Shown piece by piece: positions 41,255 to 53,651 of a DNA stretch of 64,000 bases. This DNA comes from Eledone cirrhosa (Eukaryota): assembly GCA_964016885.1 (NCBI GenBank), contig OZ024742.1:377580001-377644000 (forward strand), written 5' to 3'. Every line of letters begins with the position of its first letter. Within the stretch, counting starts at the first letter, position 1. A program made the translations under genes and the position numbers. Below the pieces are notes generated by a model. That model did not search any database. It saw only the letters and a program-made list of their open reading frames with translations, and was not told the origin of the DNA.

Positions 41255-41389
41255 ATGTTTGTGTATGTGTATGTGTATGTATGTGTATGTGTGCGTATAT
41301 ATATGTATATATGTATGTATTTTTGTGTGTGTATATGTATATGTATGTATATATGGGTGTGTATATGTATGTATATATATATATATATA

Positions 41390-42156
41390 TATTGTTATAC
41401 TTTGGGAGGGTCATGTTGCCAATAAGAAACACACGCACCAGTTGCTTTCACTTCAATTTATTATATATTTATAAATTTACAAATCTACAAACTTATAAAT
41501 TTCTGGTTGGTTGGTTGGTTGGTTCCACAACCAGATAGTTGTTTATAGTCCTTTCGTCACACACTCAAAATTAAATTAAAAATTAAATTAAATTAAATTA
41601 AATAGAAAATATGAGTGGAACAGCAACATCACAACTTACAATTAAGGACAAAATGAAAACACACACAGGACAAAATGAAAACAAACACACACATAGAACA
41701 AACAACTTACAATTAAGGAGAAAATGAAAACACACACAGGACAAAATGAAAACACACACATACATAGAACAAACAACCAACCAACAATAAATAAATAAAT
41801 AAATAAACAAATAGATAAATGAACACAAACACACACAGACACCCGGATGTGGCGCATGCGCAAACTGAGCACACAACACACACACAGAAACAAAATGGCG
41901 TAGGATAGAAGAAAGGAAAGGCACAGAAACAAAGAAAGGAAACCCCAGTCACTGAAGAGGTCACAGAGTGTGTGACGAAAGGACTATGACTATATATAAA
42001 CAACTATCTGGTTGTGGAACCAACCAACTAACCAGAAATTTATAAGTTTGTAGATTTGTAAATTTATAAATATATAAATATATAATAAATTGAAGTGAAA
42101 GTAACTGGTGCATGTGTTTCTTATTGGCAACATGACCCTCCCAAAGTATAACAATA
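41390..42156 (+). mobile_element. PLE 3'-end fragment with inverted partial pseudo-LTR (related to the 3086-5645 element)
   Basis: 41390-41566 is the reverse complement of 41966-42156; terminus atgaccctcccaaagtataacaata nearly matches 5622-5646. Confidence 0.8.
41947..41991 (+). ncRNA. Minimal type I hammerhead
   Basis: agtca CTGAAGA g gtcaca gagtg tgtgac GAAAG ga CTA tgact. Confidence 0.9.
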
Positions 42157-42211
42157 TCGGTTTCAACACACGATTTCAGATAAAGAATCTTGCTAAACAA
42201 ATTCAGAAACG

Positions 42212-42255
<44 letters not shown>

Positions 42256-42264
42256 GTGTGTATG

Positions 42265-42322
<58 letters not shown>

Positions 42323-42343
42323 TATATGTATGTATGGTGTATA

Positions 42344-42388
<45 letters not shown>

Positions 42389-42526
42389 ATGTGTGACCCC
42401 ACTCTCAAGAGCGTGAAATCAATAAACATTTGTTTGTTCTGCCCCTCTGTTTTGTTCCCGTTCAATTTTTCCTTATATATGTGTATATGTGTGTGTGTGT
42501 ATTTATATATATGTGTATATATGTAT

Positions 42527-42571
<45 letters not shown>

Positions 42572-42583
42572 TATATATATTTT

Positions 42584-42632
<49 letters not shown>

Positions 42633-42666
42633 GTGAGAAAAACCACAGACCCTCCATCTCAACTCA

Positions 42667-42704
42667 CCTTTTGAAAAGCAGAAGAACTGCGAAACTGGTA
42701 AAGG
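42667..42704 (+). ncRNA. Hammerhead relic (core TTGAAAA) within a ~220-bp insert
   Basis: cctt TTGAAAA gcag aagaa ctgc GAAAC tg GTA aagg; the insert 42631-42850 is absent from the upstream pseudo-LTR. Confidence 0.6.
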
Positions 42705-42840
42705 AACCAAATAAATATATATATTTAAAAAAAAAATAAGACTTCAGTTGCATTTTCGATTTCATCCCTTTTTCTTTATACTTCCACTCGTGTAGGACAC
42801 CTCGGTTATTTTTCATTTTGTAAAAAAAAAAAAACCTCAC

Positions 42841-42888
<48 letters not shown>

Positions 42889-42907
42889 GCATGTGTATGA
42901 ATATATG

Positions 42908-42965
<58 letters not shown>

Positions 42966-43580
42966 TATGTGTGTATGTATGTGTGTGTATGTATGTGTAT
43001 GTATGTATGTGTATATTTATTTATTTATATATATAAATATATTTTTATGTGTGTCTGTGTATATGTGTGTCTGTGTATGTGGGTTTATGGGTGCGCGCGA
43101 GTGTGTGAGTGAGTGTGTCTTGTGAATGTGTCTGTTGTTTTTTGGCATATAGTTGAATAGTTTAAGAGTAATTTGAGGATAATTGTAAGATATGCACTTA
43201 ATATTCTGAATTTGTCTACAGAATTCTCTAAACCTTTGTCACTTAGTAGAACCTTAATGATTTTAGCTTTTAAAGAATCTCCCTTTCCTTTAAATCTATC
43301 TACCATGACTGACCTCCCACTGATCTTATAGACACCTGTTAGCTTAAGAGAAACTTAATAATAAGGAATGGCATGCCATCCTGAACCTGTTTATAGAATT
43401 CTGTCTGCCTTTGTTACTCTAAAAACAAAAATAAATAAAAATAAAAATAAAAATAAACTATAGCTTTGTAGAATTAGCTTTTAATGAATTCCCTTTTCTA
43501 TCAACCAATGACCTACACCCATCCCACTCCCCACCCTCTCCTACCACTTGTATAAATACCATACTTATTTTTTGATACCC

Positions 43581-43631
43581 AGATTCCTGATGATTTCTAA
43601 AGAATGAAACAGTTCTAGTCCTGTAGAATCT
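43581..43631 (+). ncRNA. PLE 3' pseudo-LTR hammerhead
   Basis: Identical to 32258-32308. Confidence 0.9.
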
Positions 43632-43643
43632 CATCTATATTAA

Positions 43644-43674
<31 letters not shown>

Positions 43675-43905
43675 ACGAGGGAAATGTGGTACGCAACCAG
43701 ATGGACCATAACGCACCAAAGTACTCAATACTTAGGGTAGTAGAGTGGGTGATAGGAACGAGTAGGACCCCGACGGCAGAGCTATATATATATATAAATA
43801 TATCACAATACATTCGTAGTTGAGAAAGACTGTGCTTATCTGAAGGCCTACGTGTTATTGAGAAAGATATCTTACCAACTTCATGTTGAAATATATGTTA
43901 TATAA

Positions 43906-44092
43906 TTGTTTCTACTTTTGGCACAATGCCAGCAATTACTCAGTACATTACTGGTACTTTATTTTATCGACCCCATAAGGATGAAAGGCAAAGTTAACCT
44001 CGGCGGGATTTGCACTCAGACCGTAAAGAGATGTAACTATGCTGGAAAGCATGGCGTCCGACTCTCTACCGATACTGCCAATCCACCACCCT
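43906..44092 (-). mobile_element. Deu/Nin-domain SINE
   Basis: Aligns by eye to 2896-3084 and to the reverse complement of 22032-22210. Confidence 0.85.
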
Positions 44093-44242
44093 TATATATG
44101 TTATATAATGTTATATGTAAAACATTGTTCTCAGTCAACTGCTACCAGCGAACAGAAAATATATTCACTTTACGGATTTCCTACAAGTGTTCTCGCAAGA
44201 ATAAGCAATTATTTAGCAAGGCTGTATAGTGGTAGCATTAAT

Positions 44243-44485
44243 ATGGTGGTGGTAGTGGAGATATTGGTGGTGGTGATGGGGGGGTGATGGGGGGGGGGGT
44301 AAGTGGTGTGGGTGGGGTGGGGGTAGTGGTGATGTTGGTGGTGGTGATGGGCGTAGAAGTGGTAGTGGTGGTGGTGGTGTTGGTAGTGGTAATATTGGTG
44401 GTGGTGATAGGGGGGGTAGTGGTGGTGGTTGTGGTGGTAGTGGTGGTAGTGGTGATGTTGGTGGTGGTGATGGGGGTGTGGGAGG
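44243..44485. repeat. Degenerate (GGT)n tract
   Basis: Direct reading. Confidence 0.9.
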
Positions 44486-44714
44486 TGATCGAAAATGCAA
44501 TGAATAATTTCCCGCTTCAAGCACGTGTCCCTTCCCACAAAGTGTGCATGCATGAAATGTAAGCAGGCATGTATGTATGTATGTATGTATGTATGTATGT
44601 ATGTATGTATGTATGTATGTATGTATGTATGTACGTATTTATATATGCATGCATGAATGTACGTATATATGTACATATTTTTATATGCATGTATGTATGT
44701 ATATATGTATGTAT

Positions 44715-45290
44715 GTTCTCTCTTTTTCTTCATTTCGAGTATATTTTTTTGACCGGCCACCTTCCTGGTGGCAAGGTTGTAAAAGAAAAGAAATTGTCAT
44801 CCCTTGAATCGCAAGAATGTTTTGCAAAGTTTGAAGGTGCCAGCTATCGCAGCCATTTGTAGACTATGAATTAGGGAGCTGCGCTCTTTGTCCGCAAATC
44901 CAAGTTCAGTCATACTTTGGTCCAAGCGGGTTGGTATATAACCCGTAGCTCCAATAATGATGGGTATGAAGCTAAAGGTGTATCTTGGATACTGGATTTG
45001 TAAACTCCTCATCAATGGTCCGTAGATGTCCTCCTTCTCCTGTATTTTTCTGACAACGTTGACATCAAGTGGGCAGCTGATCTCCACAACAGAACACGTT
45101 TTCAATGTGTGGTCCCAAACAACAATATCAGGCCGGTTGTGCTTTAATTTGGTGGCAGTTTTTATTTTCAGGTTCCATCAGTATTCCTTAGTGCCATCTG
45201 TCTCAATATATTCTTCCTCGTTTGTTGTTAATTTTGTTTTCCGAAGTGCGTTCCAGATGGTTCTAGCTATCCCATCTTGTCTCATGGGTA
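44715..45290 (-). mobile_element. 3' fragment of RLE-type (R4/Dong-like) non-LTR retrotransposon
   Basis: RPDIVVWD..KTCSVVEISCPLD...KEDIYG...FIPIIIGATG; (TATG)n on both sides. Confidence 0.75.
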
Positions 45291-45339
45291 GTATGTATGT
45301 AAATATGTATGTATGTATATATGTATGTATGTAAGTTTT

Positions 45340-45552
45340 TTCTCCTTGTGGAGTGAGAGACCCCCTAGTCTTCATTAAAACATCTCTCTAGGAGAAGGTC
45401 TCTCTGATATAAAACCTGCGACTTCATTTACATCCAGCGATGTAGACCAGTTCTTCTTTTCGGGTAAACGCATTCCATGTTCAGAGAGTGGGATTGGCTC
45501 CGTGCAAGGCCTTTCCTCACTTAAAAAAAGCTCCATGCTCAGGCACCGCTTG

Positions 45553-45555
<3 letters not shown>
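45340..45555 (+). mobile_element. RTE-type 5' UTR-derived short element
   Basis: ctaggagaagg...ctctgatataa..cctgc shared with 45894-45930; followed by (TATG)n. Confidence 0.5.
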
Positions 45556-45583
<28 letters not shown>

Positions 45584-45667
45584 TGTATGTATGTATGTAT
45601 GTATGTATGTATGTATGTAGGCATGTAGGTATGTAAGTATGTATATATGTATATATATATATTATGT

Positions 45668-46270
45668 CAGGTCACCAGTTGGTGCTACTGGTAACATGTA
45701 TCCCAGTCTCGTGGTCGGGTCGTTGACGACTAAACTGGCAACACCGCCAAGGTTTCTTGGTGAGGAGGGTGACTTTGGACATCTTGCAGGACTAAAAACA
45801 AAACCTGTCAAAGGTCAAAGGAGCTCTTAAGAATCAATGACCATCCAAAATCACCGGGAGAGATGACCCCTTAGCCTTTGTCAAGGCAGAATTCTAGGAG
45901 AAGGAAAACTCTGATATAACACCTGCAACCCTGATGGTATCTAATGATGTTGACTTGTTCTTCTTTTTGGTAAATATCATCTTGGTTAAGAGAGTGGGAC
46001 TGGCTTTGTGCAGTGCCTTTGCTCACTATCAAAGCTTCACGGCACAGGCATTGCTTTATATCTGGAGATCTCTCTGCACTTGTCATCACATGGTACCATG
46101 GGCCCAGCACTATGTGTCAATAATTGTCATAAGTGTAGTGTTTTTACCAGAGTTTTCAAGTCGCTGGCTGGACTAAAAAGTCACACTTCTTCAGCGCATC
46201 GGTAGGGGTTCTCCTACATGGATATAAAGTAGTGGCCGTACTCGAAAACGAGTTGGCAGCCATCATGTAT
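45668..46270 (+). mobile_element. Internally deleted RTE-like element
   Basis: 5' UTR-like block joined to a C2H2 remnant (FKSLAGLKSH) and 3' end ggccgtactcgaaaacgag...gccatcatgtatg. Confidence 0.55.
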
Positions 46271-46504
46271 GTAAGTATGTATGTATTTATGTTCTTCTGG
46301 TTTTATAATTTCACAAATTTTTACCAATAGAGAGAGAGAGAGTCGGTTTCTAACATAGACACAAGATTCTCTCATTGGACACACCATCAACTAGGTAGAT
46401 ATGTCTGCATGTCTGCATGCATGTGTAGATATGGATGTTATTGTATGTGTGGATGTGTATGTTTTGAGTCGTATGTGTGCATGTGTATATACTTTGTATC
46501 TGTA

Positions 46505-47030
46505 CATGTGTATATGCAATTATTAGATGCAAAATGTTTGGAATGTTTTACATATTTTTACTGTTCGTTTAATGGATTGTACTTGTAATTTCCTAACTAG
46601 TTGTGTTCTTTCTGTTCCTGTGAAGCCTAGCTTCTCAAGATTTGTATTGAGGCAGTTACTAACATATCCCAGTGCCCCAATAATCACAGGCATAAATCTG
46701 AAGGTATAATCAGGGTGGAGTATCTGCAGATTTCTCATTAGTTCTGCATCAATAATCTCCTTTTCACTAATCTTTGATATTATATTGGCATCTGCTGGGC
46801 AGCTAACTTCCACTACTGTGCATGTTTTCTTCTCCCTGTCCCATAAAATATGTCTGGTCTGTTATGCCTGCATTTTATTGGGGATTTTACTGGAACATTC
46901 CACCAGTACTCTTTCATATTATGCATATGTATGTCTTCCACATTTCTGTCGCTTTTAATGTGTTTCGGGGCTACCTTTTCTAAGGATTGCGTTGTACACT
47001 TTTTTGGTCACTACATCATGCCTCATAGGT
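46505..47030 (-). mobile_element. 3' fragment of a second RLE-type non-LTR family
   Basis: EVSCPADANI..KISEKE...LQILHPDYTFRFMPVIIGALG. Confidence 0.75.
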
Positions 47031-47171
47031 ATATAGTACCGCGATGACATATTTGTATGTATGTATTACATCTTTGTATGTATGTATGTATGTATGTATG
47101 TATGTATGTATGTATGTATGTATGTATGTATGTATGTATGTGTTTATGGACCGATGGATGTGTTTGTATGT

Positions 47172-47880
47172 ATGTTTCTCTTTCTCTTAATTTCGAGTAC
47201 ATTTTTGCCCAGCCAACTTCCTGGTGGCAAGGTTGTAAAAGAAAAGAAATTGTCATCTCTTGAATTGCAAGAATATTTTGCAAATTTTGAAGGTGCCAGC
47301 TATCACAGCCATTTGTAGTCTACGAATTAGGGAGCTGCGCTCTTTGTTCACAAATCCAAGTTCAGCGATACGTTGGTCCAAGCGGGCTGGTATATAACCT
47401 GCAGCTCCAATAATGATGGGTATGAAGCTGAAGGTGTATCTTGGATACTGGATCTGCAAACTCCTCATCAATGGCCCGTAGAAATCCTCCTTATCTTGTA
47501 TTTTTCTTACAATATTGACATCAAGTGGACAGCTGATCTCTACAACAGAACACGTTTTCAATGTGTAGTCCCAAACAACAATATCAGACCGATTGTACTT
47601 TGATTTTGTGGCAGTTTTTTTATTTTCAGGTTCCACCAGTATTCTTTAGTGCCATCTAGCTCAACATATTCCTCCTCATTTGTTTTTAATTTTGTTTTCC
47701 TTCGTGTTTTCCAGATGGGTCTAGCTATCATATGGTGTCTCATAGGAAGGTAGTAAAGAGACGACATTATTTCGCAGTTGGCAACAATGTGGCTAGCATC
47801 TTCGATATTTGTTTTACAAAGCCTACATTTATTGTCGACTGATGGCCCTCCACTTTTGTGTAGCAGATATTTGGTAGGGA
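47172..47880 (-). mobile_element. 3' fragment of RLE-type element (family of 44715)
   Basis: CCHC knuckle CRLCKTNIEDASHIVANC, then RSDIVVWD...VEISCPLD; frameshifted. Confidence 0.8.
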
Positions 47881-47914
47881 TTTCTATGTATGTATGTATG
47901 TGTATGTATGTATG

Positions 47915-48260
47915 TATTGCACTTCCAGACGGCGAGGGTCCTCCTATGGCGCTGACATGCAGCGTCTGTGCGAGACTCTGCCTAAGCAAAACTGGACTCG
48001 AAAGTCATCTTCGCTGTCATAAAGTAAGACCAGTGGTTGACTACCAGGCTGCTGTTGGAGATGCTACTCATCATGCTTGCCAAACATGTGGTAGAGAATG
48101 TAAATCAGCAGGAGGGCTCAAGCGACATGCAAAAGTACACGAACTCCAACCACAGCCGACTATTCCCAGTGAATGTTTTGGTTGCCGACTCTGTGCAAGA
48201 CATTTTAGATCATTGGCTGGGCTAAAAAGCCACATTCGATCGCAGCACTGTTAGTTGCTA

Positions 48261-48302
<42 letters not shown>

Positions 48303-48525
48303 GCTTATGTGCGTGCGTGTGTGTATATATATATATGAATATGTATATTATTATTGTTGTTGTCGTTATTATTATTATTGGTATTATTATTATTATTATT
48401 ATTATTGTTATTAATGTATGTGTGTGTATGTGTGAGTGTATGTGTATGTATGTGTGTATGTATATATGTATGTATGTATATATATATATATATATATATA
48501 TTTCTTTCTTTTTTTTAAATTTATT

Positions 48526-48558
<33 letters not shown>

Positions 48559-48660
48559 TTTTTATTTTATTTTATTTTATTTTATTTTATTTTATTTTAT
48601 TTATTTTTTTTCTTCCTGTGCAATGGCCATACTCGATAACGAGGGGGAAGCCATCATGTA
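47915..48660 (+). mobile_element. RTE-like LINE 3' end with three C2H2 fingers; 3' UTR split by microsatellites
   Basis: CSVC...SKTGLESHLRCH, CQTC...GLKRHAKVH, CRLC...GLKSHIRSQH; terminus ggccatactcgataacgag...gccatcatgtatg as at 46234-46270. Confidence 0.65.
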
Positions 48661-48793
48661 TGTGTATGTGTATGTATGTATATGTATGTGTATATATGTA
48701 TTTATGGACGAATGGATTTATTTTTCCCGGTGGCAAGGTTATAAAGAATTGCGTCAGACACTATACCGACTCGGTCAAACCGAGGAGAAAGTA

Positions 48794-49170
48794 CACTCGG
48801 GTCTCGAATAATCGTCCCCACTCCACTTAATAATTTTTCAGATTTTCTGCTCTTATTCCACACCCCCTCTCCGTTTATTAAATTTTGCTAATCTATCTCT
48901 GGCAACATTTTATTTTAAGTGGTAGCATTCCTGCGACAATTAATTTTCTTTATACATTATAAAATATTATATATGGCAAAAAAGTACATTACTAGAAATC
49001 TCATATGTTATAAAAATAAATATGATAGGTTGGTGTCTCAATATGTCAACTAAACGACTAATTCTGTTGTTTTTTTTAAATTCAACGGAGACAACCTAGA
49101 AAAATTACCCCCTCCCCCCGCTTATTCCAACTTCCACTTATTTCACCCCCTATTATTTGGGACCCGAGAG
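48794..49170. mobile_element. MITE-like element
   Basis: TIR-like ends ctcgggtctcgaataat / attatttgggacccgag. Confidence 0.55.
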
Positions 49171-49695
49171 GAGATTAAATCAGCCTTTGTCTTACCTTTG
49201 GACAACATCGGTGGTGTGGCAAAGGGAGACCTGTGTGTATGAGTGACTGCTGGTCTTACACCTTGTTGTGTGTGTATGTATATATCAAATTATATTGCCT
49301 CGGTGTGAGTGTGTGTCTGTGAAACAAATACACCAGGTCCGAACACAAATGAACCAAACCCCCACTGTCACTGCCTTTGTCTCTCCCGCTCTCCCTATCT
49401 CTCATTATATTGGGCAAATGGGATCCCATGCGTTGGCTGCACCGCGGACAGAATAGAGAAGGCGTTTTCCTGGATGATAGTGAGGGAGACGGGCTTGAAG
49501 AGCCATTCCATCTGGTGAGGGTCACACCTGCGAGTAGCCCACTCTGTGCCGAAGGTCGTCCTAGAGCCAAGGACACCAGAGAACCTATACCTCGGAGAAC
49601 TTTCTAGCTGCAAATCTAAATATACACTTTGGCAGTAGCAGTAAATATATATAATCAAGGTATCTAAAATAAACAACTGAGAGATTATATATATG

Positions 49696-49771
<76 letters not shown>

Positions 49772-50050
49772 TAAGTGGTATATTATCTAAGTTGAGAAAG
49801 TTACTAGAAATATGTATGAAGAAATCTACTTAGTAATGACAGCCATAACTGTAATATATATACTACTTGTACGGCTTCCTAAAGTTAATTCCCATCACTA
49901 TATTCTGTGGAAGGGGTTCTATTAATTGCGTGTTGGTTAATATGAAATGACTAGTTTGCTGGGTCAGTGACGACGAAAGATATCAGTGAACGAACATCTA
50001 TAAAAGAGATTATACCCATTTAGTCTATCTTCTCTCACAAAACTAATAAT

Positions 50051-50262
50051 GGTTTCTGACTTAGACATAAGGCCAGCAATTTGAGGGGAGGGGAAAGTCG
50101 ATTAAATCGACCCCGGTGCATTACTGGTGCTTTATTTTTTCGACCCCGTAAGGATGAAAGGCAAAGCTAATCTTGGCGGGATTTGAACTCAAAACGTAAA
50201 GGGCCGTAACTCTATGCCACAAAGCGTCGTGTCCAAGACTCTACCGATTACTGTTAATCTAG
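50051..50262 (-). mobile_element. Deu/Nin-domain SINE
   Basis: cgaccccgtaaggatgaaaggcaaag...ggcgggatttgaactc. Confidence 0.8.
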
Positions 50263-50394
50263 CCTGTTAATGCTGTCGAGTAAGACATAAAAAACACAGT
50301 TTTCCTCCCACTTTAGAAATTTACGACATTTTTTCTTCATGGCGCCAAAAAATTAATAATTAATATAAATTGAATTGTAAAGAGGAGACAACTG

Positions 50395-50640
50395 CGACTA
50401 ACCCACGTTCTGTTGCTCTTCGGGCTGAGGAGGGCAAACTCTTCATGTATCGGTCGCTCTCCCACAGGTTTACGGCCGTGCCCCTAGCAGTGGAGACTTC
50501 TGATGACCTTGGCCTTAGGGATACCTCCCTATTACCACCATAGGCGCTGATCGAAAAGGAATGGCTCTTCCAGCGCATCTCCATCACCATCCTCCGGGAA
50601 AACGCATTCTCCATTCTGTCTGCCGGGGCCGCGGGTGGCC
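50395..50640 (+). pseudogene. CRE-like retrotransposon 3' fragment
   Basis: NPRSVALRAEEGKLFMYRSLSHRFTAVPLAVETS...EWLFQRISITILRENAFSIL; homologous to 11430-11700. Confidence 0.7.
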
Positions 50641-50869
50641 AGCACGTGGGACCCTACTTGCTCATAATACAGAGAGATGGGGGCGATGACAGTGGGAGTT
50701 CGGCTCTTCCGTGTTCGGCCCTGGTGTGCAGCGTCAGTTGTCCGTAGGGAGGTAGTGATCCATATATATATATATTATATTATATTGTTCTCTATCGTTT
50801 CACCAGTCAGTTCCAAAACTCTTACACTTTTGACCAGTGGCAGCCATTTTATAACTTTGCCTTACTAGT

Positions 50870-50959
50870 ACCTCTCTCTCTATTTCTATCTCTTTTGCTC
50901 TATCTGTCTGTTTGACTGCCTCTCTCTCTCTCATTCACTCTTCCTCTCCCCCCCCCCCC

Positions 50960-50999
<40 letters not shown>

Positions 51000-51156
51000 T
51001 TCTCTCTCTCTCTCTCTCTGTCTGACTGCCTCTCTCTCCCAACTCTCTCTCTCCTCCCTCTCTCTCTATTTTTCTTTATCGCTCTTTTTCTCTCTGTCTA
51101 TCTGTCTGTCTGCCTCTCTCTCTCCCACCTCTCTCTCTCACTCCTTCCCTCTTGGA

Positions 51157-51205
<49 letters not shown>

Positions 51206-51316
51206 TAACTGTTGACTGTATATGAAGAACCGGAAGAGAGATTTTGTTAGTAGAGTGGTATGAGAGAAAATGCGATGGAGAGAGGAGAAATAGATAGTGA
51301 GAGAGAGGGACCGAAA

Positions 51317-51352
<36 letters not shown>

Positions 51353-51518
51353 TAGATAGATAGAGAGAGAGAGAACTGAGAGAGAGAGAGAATGATAGAG
51401 AACGAAAGAGAGATAGAGAGAGAGAAAGAGGACGACGAAAGAGAGAAGGAAGAAAGAGGGAAGAAAAGATCGAGAGAGTGAGAGAGATAAGGAACGAAAG
51501 AGAGAGTGAGGGAGAGGA

Positions 51519-51560
<42 letters not shown>

Positions 51561-51600
51561 TGAGAGAGAGAGAAGAAGCGAAAAAGTGTGAGAGAGAATG
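50870..51600. repeat. (CT)n-rich tract followed by (GA)n-rich tract
   Basis: Strand purine bias flips near 51210. Confidence 0.9.
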
Positions 51601-51844
51601 GTAGTGGTTATAAACGTTACGCTCGGAATATGTACATATATATATATGTAGATAAATCTACCAAGAGTTTACGGTAGTGTCCAATCCGTATGAAGAACTC
51701 AATGTAATCCGGATATCATGGAAAGAAGAGATGCAATGAAAAATCACTTTCGGTGAAAGATAAACGGAATACAGAGTCAAGATAAAATATTAAAAAAATA
51801 ATGAATAAAACAATGAAACAGTTCCTTATATTAAACAAAAAAAG

Positions 51845-51999
51845 TTCATTATTTAACGATCGTTTCTAGGATATATATGTGTTAGAATTGGCATGCATAT
51901 TCAACAGATCTATGTACAAAATTATACAAAATTATACAAACTATCAAAATTAAATATACATACCAAACACATATATATGCCGTCTTCAGAAATAATGAA
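51845..51999 (-). ncRNA. Hammerhead with ~116-nt stem II region (mirror copy)
   Basis: Reverse complement of 52995-53149. Confidence 0.8.
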
Positions 52000-52994
52000 A
52001 TATATTTATTGATAATAACAACAATTCAAAATTTCAGGTCCGTTTGGGAACAGAGTTCAAATTGACCAATGAAAATACAAAAAATTTTATGCAGTTAGGT
52101 GTGTGTATATACATGTAATTTACTTCGTACACATATTTACATAAAGATATATGTTCACATGCATACGCATGCCAAAAAGATGTATGTAAATACAAAAATT
52201 CAAGGCTAATGTCTCTGTAAGTTTATAATCCACAGATAAAATGCGTATAGACACATAAATATGAAATAAATGTATACACACATTCATATACTCACACATA
52301 TTCGTACACTCACACACACACGCGCGTATATGCATAAACATACACATAACTACGAACATACATACACACACACACCCCCACACACATATATATGTGCATA
52401 TAGCATTATCATAAGCATATGGACATTAATGCACGCACATAAACACTGCCACACATATTTAGATCAGGATGCCGAAACCGTTGAATACTGACCTCTCCCC
52501 CCCCCCTCCCACCTAATTTCTGTATCCTGATCTAAATATGTGTGGCAGTGTTTATGTGCGTGCATTAATGTCCATATGCTTATGATAATGCTATATGCAC
52601 ATATATATGTGTGTGGGGGTGTGTGTGTGTATGTATGTTCGTAGTTATGTGTATGTTTATGCATATACGCGCGTGTGTGTGTGAGTGTACGAATATGTGT
52701 GAGTATATGAATGTGTGTATACATTTATTTCATATTTATGTGTCTATACGCATTTTATCTGTGGATTATAAACTTACAGAGACATTAGCCTTGAATGTTT
52801 GTATTTACATACATCTTTTTGGCATGCGTATGCATGTGAACATATATCTTTATGTAAATATGTGTACGAAGTAAATTACATGTATATACACACACCTAAC
52901 TGCATAAAATTTTTTGTATTTTCATTGGTCAATGTGAACTCTGTTCCCAAACGGACCTGAAATTTTGAATTGTTGTTATTATCAATAAATATAT

Positions 52995-53149
52995 TTCATT
53001 ATTTCTGAAGACGGCATATATATGTGTTTGGTATGTATATTTAATTTTGATAGTTTGTATAATTTTGTATAATTTTGTACATAGATCTGTTGAATATGCA
53101 TGCCAATTCTAACACATATATATCCTAGAAACGATCGTTAAATAATGAA
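52995..53149 (+). ncRNA. Hammerhead with ~116-nt stem II region
   Basis: ttcattattt CTGAAGA cggc atatatatgtgtt...aacacatatatat ccta GAAAC gatc GTT aaataatgaa; perfect 10-bp stem I, palindromic stem III ACGATCGT. Confidence 0.8.
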
Positions 53150-53203
53150 CTTTTTTTGTTTAATATAAGGAACTGTTTCATTGTTTTATTCATTATTTTT
53201 TTA

Positions 53204-53252
<49 letters not shown>

Positions 53253-53360
53253 AATTAACATATCTACCGACATATGTATACCGATGCATACCTATGCTAG
53301 CAGATATATATGTTTTGTCTTAGTAACTTTGTGGTTCTATGCAGGGGAATGCAGAACAAT

Positions 53361-53608
53361 TATATGAAAGACGTAAATAAGAAAGTTATGAAAATTGACT
53401 TACTTACTAAAATTTCACTCCAACTAATTAGTTTCTGTAAGGGGATAAATATAGTTATGCCTGGAAACTTAGCTGAGAATAGACTCCCTGATGACGTAAG
53501 GCTTCTCTATAGTTATTACATAACTATATTTATCCTCTTACAGAAACTAATTAGTTGGAGTGAAATTTTAGTAAGTAAGTCAATTTTCATAACTTTCTTA
53601 TTTACGTC

Positions 53609-53617
<9 letters not shown>
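53361..53617. repeat. Inverted repeat, ~97-bp arms; same repeat family as 24710-24920
   Basis: tatgaaagacgtaaataag...atatagttat / ataactatat...cttatttacgtctttcata. Confidence 0.9.

Positions 53618-53645
<28 letters not shown>

Positions 53646-53651
<6 letters not shown>

Larger units (their letters stand above)
51782..53211. repeat. Near-perfect palindrome, ~690-bp arms, derived from PLE pseudo-LTR
   Basis: Arms about 51782-52470 and 52523-53211; only two mismatches noticed. Confidence 0.95.

Noticed and set aside
45668-45745. HDV-like ribozyme in RTE 5' UTR
   Set aside because: Hairpins are visible but I could not assemble the nested double pseudoknot by eye; needs a descriptor search
47778-48254. 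Host C2H2 zinc-finger gene
   Set aside because: No TGEKP linkers, N-terminus is antisense RLE plus microsatellite, and an RTE-type 3' end follows
53485-53510. CTGATGA in the loop of an inverted repeat
   Set aside because: No downstream GAAA or stems
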